A DNA stretch of 64,000 nucleotides. Origin: Azolla caroliniana (lineage: Eukaryota > Plantae > Polypodiophyta). Position numbers and translations under genes: made by a program. Below are positions 52,192 through 61,261 of the stretch, one piece after another (positions within the stretch are counted from its first letter, which is position 1; each line of letters begins with the position of its first letter). Under the pieces are notes generated by a model. The model saw only the letters and a list, made by a program, of their open reading frames with translations. It was not told the origin of the DNA and searched no databases. The DNA lies in the NCBI GenBank assembly GCA_043228905.1, contig JBHGNT010000007.1:9672001-9736000 (forward strand). Reading direction: 5' to 3'.

Positions 52192-53910
52192 ATATCAAGT
52201 TTAGTTCAGGGTGCAGACATCTTAGACGAAAAAAGCCTTATAATTAAGAAATCCAAGACATAAAACCTTGTGGTGACATAATCTACATGTAGTGGATTAC
52301 AACGGATGCCTCGAATTCAAAATATCCATACGTATCGAATTTGAAAGGATAATACGTGTTGAAAAAGCTAAAACATCTCACGTGCCTTGCGCATTCAAAA
52401 TTATGTCTTAGCATACATATTTAATTAAATGTTGCCTGGTAGAATTATTCACTCTATTCCTAATCAGTGGGGAATCTTGCGTTTCCGCGATTTATGGTTG
52501 TAAAGAATCGATGGTAATGAGAAAGAGCCTTCAAGATTATCAACTTCGTACTCCATTGTAGTCTAGTTAGTTAGGATACTCGGCTTTCACCCGAGCGACC
52601 CGGGTTCAAGTCCCGGCAATGGAAACAACAAGTCTAGTTCAGGTTGGACACATCTTAAACGAAATAAGTCTCATAATTAACAAAGACAAGACATAAAGGC
52701 TTGTTGTGCATAATCTACATGTACTCGGTTACAACGGTTGCCTAATCATTGAGGAATCTTGCGTTTCTGCGATTTGTTATAGTAAAGAAGCGATGGTGAT
52801 GAGAAAGAACCTTTGACTCTCTGAACTTTGTACTCCATTGTAGTCTAGTTGGTTAGGATACTCGGCTTTCACCCGAGCGACCCGGGTTCAAGTCCCGTCA
52901 ATGGAAACAACAAGTCTAGTACAGGTGGGAGACATCTTAGACGTAAAAAGTCTCATAGTTAACAAATACAAGACATAAAACCTTGTGGTGATATAATCTA
53001 CATGTAGTGGGTTACAACGGTTGCCTCGAATTCGAAATATCGATACGTATCGAATTTGAAAGGATAATACTCGTTGAAAAACATTAAACGTCTTATATGA
53101 CTTGCTAGACCTAAAGCGTCTTTTGTGGCTTGCGCATTCAAAATTATGTCTTAGCATACATATCTAATTAAATGTTGCCTGGTAGAATTATTCACTCTAT
53201 TCCTAATTAGTGGGGAATCTTGCGTTTCTGCGATTTATGGTTGTAAAGAATCAATGGTAATGAGAAAGAGCCTTCAAGATTATCAACTTCGTACTCCATT
53301 GTAGTCTAGTTGGTTAGGATAGTCGGCTTTCACCCGAGCGACCCGGGTTCAAGTCCCGGCAATGGAAATATCAAGTCTAGTTTAGGTTGGAGACATCTTA
53401 GACGAAAAATCTCTCATAATTAACAAATAGAACAAATAAAACCTTATGGTGACATAATCTACATGTGGATAGGATAGTCGGCTTTCACCCGAGCGACCCG
53501 GGTTCAAGTCCTTGCAATGGAAATATCAAGTCTAGTTCAGGTTGGAGACATCTTAGACGAAAAATCTCTTATAATTAACAAATACAAGACATAAAACCTT
53601 GTGGTGACATAATCTACATGGAGTGGGTTACAACGGATGCCTCGAATTCAAAATGTCCATACGTATCGAATTTGAAAGTATAATATGTGTTGAAAAACCT
53701 AAAAAGTCTCATATTACTTACGGAACCTAAAACGTCTCATGTTACTTGGGCACTTAAAATTAAGTCTTACCATAGACATCTAATTAAATATTGCCTGTTA
53801 GAATTATTCACTCTATTCCTAATCATTGTGGAATCTTGCGTTTCTGCGATTTATGGTTGTAAAGAATCGATGGTGATGAGAAAGAGCCTTCAACTCTATC
53901 AACTCCGTAC

Positions 53911-53983
53911 TCCATTGTAGTCTAGTTGGTTAGGATACTCGGCTTTCACCCGAGCGACCCGGGTTCAAGTCCCGGCAATGGAA
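53911..53983 (+). tRNA. tRNA-Glu(TTC), perfect consensus
   Basis: Identical to consensus. Confidence 0.9.
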
Positions 53984-54428
53984 ACAACAAGTCTAGTTCA
54001 GGTTGGAGACATCTTAGACGAGAAAAGTTCCATAATTAACAAATACAAGACATAAAACCTTGTGGTGACATAATCTACATGTAGTGGGTTGCAACTATTG
54101 CATCGAATTCAAAATATCCATACATATCGAATTTGAAAGGATAATACGTGTTCAGAAACCGAAAAAGACTCATATTACTTGCGAAACCTAAAGCGTGTCA
54201 TGTTACTTGCGCACTTAAAATTAAGTCTTAGCATAGACATCTAATTAAATCTTGTCATGTTACTTGCGCAGTTAAAATTAAGTCTTAGCATAGACATCTA
54301 ATTAAATCTTGCCTGTTAGAATTATTCACTCTAGTCCTAATCATTAAGGAATCTTGCATTTTTGCGATTTATGATTATAAAGAATCGATGGTGATGAGAA
54401 AGAACTTTCAAATCTATCAATTCCGTAC

Positions 54429-54501
54429 TCCATTGTAGTCTAGTTGGTTAGGATACTCGGCTTTCACCTGAGCGACCCGGGTTCAAGTCCCGGCAATGGA
54501 A
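54429..54501 (+). tRNA. tRNA-Glu(TTC), G30-T40 variant
   Basis: CTCGG/CTGAG stem. Confidence 0.82.
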
Positions 54502-55170
54502 ACAACAAGTCTAGTACAGGTGGGAGACATCTTAGACGAAAAAAGTCTCATAATTAACAAATACAAGACATAAAACCTTGTGGTGATATAATCTACATGT
54601 AGTGGGTTACAACGGTTGCCTCGAATTCGAAATATTGATACGTATCGAATTTGAAAGGATAATACCTGTTGAAAAACATTAAACGTCTTATATGACTTGC
54701 TAGACCTAAAGCGTCTTTTGTGGCTTGCGCATTCAAAATTATGTCTTAGCATACATATCTAATTAAATGTTGCCTGGTAGAATTATTCACTCTATTCCTA
54801 ATTAGTGGGGAATCTTGCGTTTCTGCGATTTATGGTTTTAAAGAATCGATGGTAATGAGAAAGAGCCTTCAAGCTATCAACTTCGTACTCCATTGTAGTC
54901 TAGTTGGTTAGGATACTCGGGTTTCAACCGAGCGACCCGGCTTCAAGTCCCGGCAATGGAAACAACAAGTCTAGTTCAGGTTGGACACATCTTCAACGAA
55001 ATAAGTCTCATAATTAACAAATACAAGACATAAAAGCTTGTTGTGCATAATCTACATGTACTTGGTTACAACGGTTGCCTAATCATTGAGGAATCTTGCG
55101 TATCTGCGATTTATTATTGTAAAGAAGTGATGGTGATGAGAAAGAACTTTTGACTCTATCAACCTTGTAC

Positions 55171-55243
55171 TCCATTGTAGTCTAGTTGGTTAGGATACTC
55201 GGCTTTCACCCGAGCGACCCGGGTTCAAGTCCCGGCAATGGAA
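55171..55243 (+). tRNA. tRNA-Glu(TTC), perfect consensus
   Basis: Identical to consensus. Confidence 0.9.
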
Positions 55244-56092
55244 ACAACAAGTCTAGTACTGGTGGGAGACATCTTAGACGTAAAAAGTCTCATAATTAAC
55301 AAATACAAGACATAAAACCTTGTGATGATATAATCTACATGTAGTGGGTTACAACGGTGCCCTCGAATTCGAAATATCGATACGTATCGAATTTGAAAGG
55401 ATAATACCCGTTTGAAAACATTAAACGTCTTATATGACTTGCTAGACCTAAAGCGTCTTTTGTGGCTTGCGCATTCAAAATTATGTCTTAGTATACATAT
55501 CTAATTAAATGGTGCCTGGTAGAATTATTCACTCTATTTGTAATCAGTGGGGAATCTTGCGTTTCTGCGATTTATGGTTGTAAAGAATCGATGGTAATGA
55601 GAAAGAGCCTTCAAGATTATCAACTTCGTACTCTATTGTAGTCTAGTTGGTTAGGATACTCGGCTTTCACCCGAGCGACCCGGGTTCAAGTCCCGGCAAT
55701 GGAAACAACAAGTCTAGTTCAGGTTGGAGACATCTTAGACGAGAAAAGTCTCATAATTAACAACTACAAGACATAAAACCTTGTGGCGACATAATCTACA
55801 TGTAGTGGGTTACAACTGTTACATCGAATTCAAAATATCCATACATGTCGAATTTGAAAGGATAATACGTGTTGAGAAACCGAAAAAGACTCATATTACT
55901 TGCGAAACCTAAAGCGTGTCATGTTACTTGCGCACTTAAAATTAAGTCTTAGCATAGACATCTAATTAAATCTTGCCTGTTAGAATTATTCACTCTAGTC
56001 CTAATCATATAGGAATCTTGCATTTTTGCGATTTATGATTATAAAGAATCGATGGTGATGAGAAAGAACTTTCAAATCTATCAATTCCGTAC

Positions 56093-56165
56093 TCCATTGT
56101 AGTCTAGTTGGTTAGGATACTCGGCTTTCACCTGAGCGACCCGGGTTCAAGTCCCGGCAATGGAA
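56093..56165 (+). tRNA. tRNA-Glu(TTC), G30-T40 variant
   Basis: CTCGG/CTGAG stem. Confidence 0.82.
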
Positions 56166-56834
56166 ACAATAAGTCTAGTACAAGTGGGAGACATCTTAGA
56201 CGAAAAAAGTCTCATAACTAACAAATATAAGACATAAAACCTTGTGGTGATATAATTTACATGTAGTGGGTTACAACGGTTGCCTCGAATTCGAAATATC
56301 GATACGTATCGAATTTGAAAGGATAATACTTGTTGAAAAACATTAAACGTCTTATATGACTTGCTAGACCTAAAGCGTCTTTTGTGGCTTGCGCATTCAT
56401 AATTATGTCTTAGCATACATATCTAATTAAATGTTGCCTGGTAGAATTATTCACTCTATTCCTAATCAGTGGGGAATCTTGCATTTCTGCGATTTATTGT
56501 TTTAAAGAATCGATGGTAATGTGAAAGAGCCTTCAAGCTATCAACTTCGTACTCCATTGTAGTCTAGTTGGTTAGGATACTCGGGTTTCAACCGAGCGAC
56601 CCGGGTTCAAGTCCCGACAATGGAAACAACAAGTCTAGTTCAGCTTAGACACATCTTCAACGAAATAAGTCTCATAATTAACAAATACAAGACATAAAAG
56701 CTTGTTGTGCATAATCTACATGTACTTGGTTACAACGGTTGCCTAATCATTGAGGAATCTTGCGTATCTGCGATTTTTTATTGTAAGGAAGCGATGGTGA
56801 TGAGAAAGAACCTTTGACTCTATCAACCTTGTAC

Positions 56835-56907
56835 TCCATTGTAGTCTAGTTGGTTAGGATACTCGGCTTTCACCCGAGCGACCCGGGTTCAAGTCCCGGC
56901 AATGGAA
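56835..56907 (+). tRNA. tRNA-Glu(TTC), perfect consensus
   Basis: Identical to consensus. Confidence 0.9.
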
Positions 56908-57116
56908 ACAACAAGTCTAGTTCAGGTTGGACACATCTTAAACGAAATAAGTCTCATAATTAAGAAATACAAGACATAAAAGCTTGTTGTGCATAATCTA
57001 CATGTACTCGGTTACATTGGTTGCCTAATCATTGAGGAATCTTGCGTTTCTGCGATTTATTATTGTAAAGAAGCGATGGTGATGAGAAAGAACCTTTGAC
57101 TCTATCAACCTTGTAT

Positions 57117-57189
57117 TCCATTGTAGTCTAGTTGGTTAGGATACTCGGCTTTCACCCGAGCGACCCGGGTTCAAGTCCCGGCAATGGAA
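57117..57189 (+). tRNA. tRNA-Glu(TTC), perfect consensus
   Basis: Identical to consensus. Confidence 0.9.
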
Positions 57190-59116
57190 ACAACAAGTCT
57201 AGTACAGGTGGGAGACATCATAGACGTAAAAAGTCTCATAATTAAAAAATACAAGAAATAAAACGTTGTGGTGACATAATCTACATGTAGTGGGTTACAA
57301 CGGTTGCCTCGAATTCAAAACATCCATACGTATCGAATATGAAAGGATACTACGTGTTGAAAAACCTAAAAGGTGTCATATGACTTGCGAAACCTAAAGC
57401 GTGTCATGAGACTTGCTCATTCAAAATTAAATCTTAGCATAAATATCTAATTAAATCTTTCCTGTTAGAATTATTCACTCTATTCCTAATCATTGAGGAA
57501 TCTTGCATTTCTGCGTTTTATGGTTGTAAAGAATGAATGGTAATGAGAAAGAGCCTTCAACTCTATCAACTCTGTACTCGATTGTAGTCTAGTTGGTTAG
57601 GATACTCGTCTTTCACCCGTGCGACCCGGGTTCAAGTCCCGGCAATGGAAAATCAAGTCTAGTTCAGGTTGGAGACATTTTAGATGAAAAAAGTCTCATA
57701 ATTAACAAATACAAGACATAAAACCTTGTGGTGACATAATCTACATGTAGTGGGTTACAACGGTTGCCTCGAATTCAAAATATCGATACGTATCGCATTT
57801 GTAAGGATAATACGTGTTGAAAAACCTAAAACATCTGATATGACTTGCGAAACCGAAAGCGTCTCATGTGACTTGCGATTTATTATTGTAAAGAAGCGAT
57901 GGTGATGAGAAAGAACCTTTGACTCTATCAACTTTTTACTCCATTGTAGTCTAGTTGGTTACGATACTCGGCTTTCACCCGAGCAGCCCGGGTTCAAGTC
58001 CCGGCAATGGAAACAACAAGTCTAGTACAGGTGGGAGACATCTTAGACGAAAAAAGTCTGATAATTAACAAATAGAAAACATAAAACCTTGTGGTGATAT
58101 AATCTACATGTAGTGGGTTACAACGGTTGCCTCGAATTCGAAATATCGATACGTATCGAATTTGAAAGGATAATACCTGTTGAAAAACATAAAACGTCTT
58201 ATATGACTTGCTAGACCTAAAGCGTCTTTTGTGGCTTGCGCATTCAAAATTATGTCTTAGCATACATATCTAATTAAATGTTACCTGGTAGAATTATTCA
58301 CTCTATTCCTAATTATTAAGGAATCTTGCATTTTTGCGATTTATGATTATAAAGAATCGATGGTGATGAGAAAGAGCTTTCAATTCTATCAATTCCGTAC
58401 TCGATTGTAGTCTAGTTGGTTAGGATACTCGGCTTTCACCCGAGCGACCCGGGTTCAAGTCCCGGCAATGGAAATATCAAGTCTAGTTCAGGTTGCAGAC
58501 ATCTTAGACGAAAAAAGTCTCATAATTAACAAATCCAAGACATAAAACCTTGTGGTGACATAATCTACATGTAGTGGATTACAACGGATGCCTCGAATTC
58601 AAAATATCCATACGTATCGAATTTGAAAGGATAATACATGTTTAAAAAACTAAAACATCTCACGTGACTTGCTCATTCAAAATTAAGTCTTAGCATAGAT
58701 ATCTTATTAAATCTTGCCTGTTAGAATTATTCACTCTATTCCTAATCATTGAGGAATATTTCGTTTTTGCAATTTATGATTGTAAAGAATCCATGGTGAT
58801 GAGAAACAGCCTTCGACTCTATCAATTCCGAACTCCATTGTAGTCTAGTTGGTTAGGATACTCGGCTTTCACCCAAGCGACCCGGGTTCAAGTCCCGGCT
58901 ATGGAAACAACAAGTCTAGTTCAGGTTGGACACATCTTAAACGAAATAAGTCTCATAATTAACAAATACGAGACATAAAAGCTTGTTGTGCATAATCCAC
59001 ATGTTACTCGGTTACAACGGTTGCCTAATCATTGAGGAATCTTTCGTTTCTGCGATTTATTATTGTAAAGAAGCGATGGTGATGAAAAAGAACCTTTGAC
59101 TGTATCAACTTTGTAC

Positions 59117-59189
59117 TCCATTGTAGTCTAGTTGGTTAGGATACTCGGCTTTCACCCGAGCGACCCGGGTTCAAGTCTCGGCAATGGAA
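59117..59189 (+). tRNA. tRNA-Glu(TTC), last array copy
   Basis: Consensus except one G-T pair in the T stem. Confidence 0.8.
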
Positions 59190-59240
59190 ATATCAAGTCT
59201 AGTTTAGGTTGGAGACATCTTAGACGAAAAATCTCTCATA

Positions 59241-59789
59241 ACGGTCCCTCCGGATGGGATGGTCAGATGTCCGGGAAGCCGGATGATGAAGACCCCGGCT
59301 ACGGAGCCGGATGATGAATGTACCCGGAGCGAGGTCCGGATGCGGGGACATATTTGTGAATATGTTTGCCAAGGGCCCTTGAGGCTATATTTGTAAATAG
59401 CCGGAAAGTCATATATGTATAAATATGACTTAGGGCAAACAGTTGTAGTTGTTGCTCATTTTCTGTTTTCACTTAGAGGGAGCGAAGTGAGAGCAGCCGA
59501 GAGAGAGAGAGAGAAAGGAAGAGGTCGACGCCTCTGTGTAATACCGCCGCCTGTGGCGAGGACAGCGAGGTCAAGGTCGTCGCCTTGCAGCTCGCCATTG
59601 TACACTCCCTGCGTATAGTGATAGTTGGAGTCTTGCACTCCCGTGGTTTTTTTTCCCGTTTAGGGTTTTCCACGCTAAATCCTGTGCATTCGAGTCTCTC
59701 TCTGTGTTTTGGATTTACTGCTGCACTGACTCGTGTTTCCTCGGTTGTGGCCGAGAGGTGAAGGTTTTGAAACCGTCGATTACCTAACA
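59241..59789 (+). repeat. 5' LTR of E4 (first ~10 bp missing)
   Basis: Ends ...cctaaca 2 nt before the PBS; TATAAATA at 59418; homologous to the reverse complement of 60452-61261. Confidence 0.88.
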
Positions 59790-59791
59790 AG

Positions 59792-59803
59792 TGGTATCAG
59801 AGC
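59792..59803 (+). promoter_or_regulatory. PBS, tRNA-Met-i
   Basis: TGGTATCAGAGC, exact consensus. Confidence 0.92.
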
Positions 59804-60451
59804 GACGGTAACACAGAAAATGGAAGGCGGCGGTAGTGGGCCTCCGGGCATGATGGTGTTGAACTCACAGAATTACGCCGACTGGAAGATAAAGATGGAA
59901 GACCTTCTCATCGTCCGAGACTTGTACGAACCGATCGACAATGCCGAGATACCCAAGGGGGTAATAGAGTCGGAGTGGAAGCTCCTGAACCGGAAAGCCG
60001 TAGCGACGATCCGGCAATATGTCGATGTAAGTGTTCTGCAACATGTGGCGAACGATATGAACGCCTATGAGATGTGGCGGAAGCTGTCGGGCCTCTACGA
60101 GAGGAAGAATGCGTTGAACCGGACCTCCCTGATGAGGAAGATAGTGAACCTCAAGTACCGGGACGGCGAGAGTATGGTGGAACACGTAAGCACGTTCATG
60201 GGATTCGTGAACCAGCTTGCGGCGATCAAGTTCCCGTTGGAGGATGCAATGCAAGCCATCATCCTGATGTGTACATTGCCGGAAAGCTGGGAGAACTTGG
60301 TGGTGACTCTCAGCACCTCCTGCACCGAAGATAACTTGTCCCTACAAACGGTAAAGACAAGTATTTTGAACGAAGAAGCGCGTCGGAGAGATAAAGAACC
60401 GGCCTCCGATCCAAAGATGCTGCTTACCGAATCGGATCGGGGAAGACAACG

Positions 60452-61261
60452 TGTTGCAAAACAGTGCTCGGCCACAACCGAGGAATGGGATCAACTCACA
60501 GAAAACAGGAAATAGAAAATGCACAAAACAATAGAGAGAAAGGTACACTGGATGTTTTACGTGGAAAACCCTAAATGGGAAAAACCACGGGAGTCCTCAA
60601 CCTCCAACTATCACTATGAACAGGGATGTACAATGGTGAAGCTACAAGGCAACAACCTTGAGCTCACTGTCTTCGCCACAGGCGGCGGTAATACACAGAG
60701 GCAACGACCTCTTCGTCTCTCTCTCTCTCTCTCGGCTGCTCTCACTTCTCATGAAAAATAAGCAACAACATAAAACTGTTTGCCCTAAGTCATATTTATA
60801 CATATATGACTTTCGGGATATTTACAAATATAGCCTCAAGGGCTCTTAGCAAACATATTCACAAATATGTCCCTGCATCCAGATCTCTCTCCGGGTACAT
60901 TCGTCATCCGGCTCCGTAGCCGGGGTCTTCATCATCCGGATCCGCATCCGGGTACTCTTCATCCGGCTTCATGCCGGGTACTCTTCATCATCCGGATCTG
61001 CATCCGGGTACTCTTCATCCGGCTTCATGCCGGGTACTCTTCATCATCCGGATCCGCATCCGGGTACTCTTCATCCGGCTTCATGCCGGGTACTCTTCAT
61101 CATCCGGATCCGCATCCGGGTACTCTTCATCCGGCTTCATGCCGGGTACTCTTCATCCGGCTTCATGCCGGGTACTCTTCATCATCCGGTTCCGTAACCG
61201 CAACCGGGCTTGCCGTCATTCATCTCCAGACATCCCATCCGGAGGGACCGTAATCCCAACA
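60452..61261 (-). mobile_element. Solo LTR (810 bp), antisense, related to the E4 LTR
   Basis: TGTTG...CAACA ends; 5-bp TSD CAACG at 60447-60451 and 61262-61266. Confidence 0.95.
60932..61190. repeat. U3 minisatellite: 4 x 56 bp plus a 26-bp subunit
   Basis: TCCGGA at 60935, 60991, 61047 and 61103; core CCGGGTACTCTTCATCCGG. Confidence 0.9.

Larger units (their letters stand above)
5619..59240 (+). repeat. Tandem array of ~115 tRNA-Glu(TTC) genes/pseudogenes with homologous AT-rich spacers
   Basis: Recurrent TCCATTGTAGTCTAGTTGGTTAGGATACTCGGCTTTCACCCGAGCGACCCGGGTTCAAGTCCCGGCAATGGAA every ~160-790 bp, all on + strand. Confidence 0.97.

Noticed and set aside
22738-58263. Recurrent 77-aa (MLKNLKS...) and 89-aa (MLRHNFEC...) ORFs as a gene family
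   Set aside because: They are chance frames in spacer DNA overlapping tRNAs, often with non-ATG starts, and are broken in sister monomers
5619-59240. CRISPR-like repeat/spacer array
   Set aside because: The repeat is a 73-nt tRNA, the spacers are long and mutually homologous, there are no cas genes, and the context is eukaryotic
5619-59240. Array supplies primer tRNA for the neighbouring retrotransposons
   Set aside because: All three PBSs are Met-i type (TGGTATCAGAGC), not complementary to tRNA-Glu
5619-59240. Tandem SINE cluster
   Set aside because: The tRNA is complete and the best-conserved part; no tails or TSDs delimit the units. A SINE ancestry is not fully excluded without a genome-wide search
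60971-61261. Repetitive N-terminal extension on the 768-aa ORF
   Set aside because: Read-through of the antisense solo-LTR minisatellite; the genuine polyprotein resumes at ~61262
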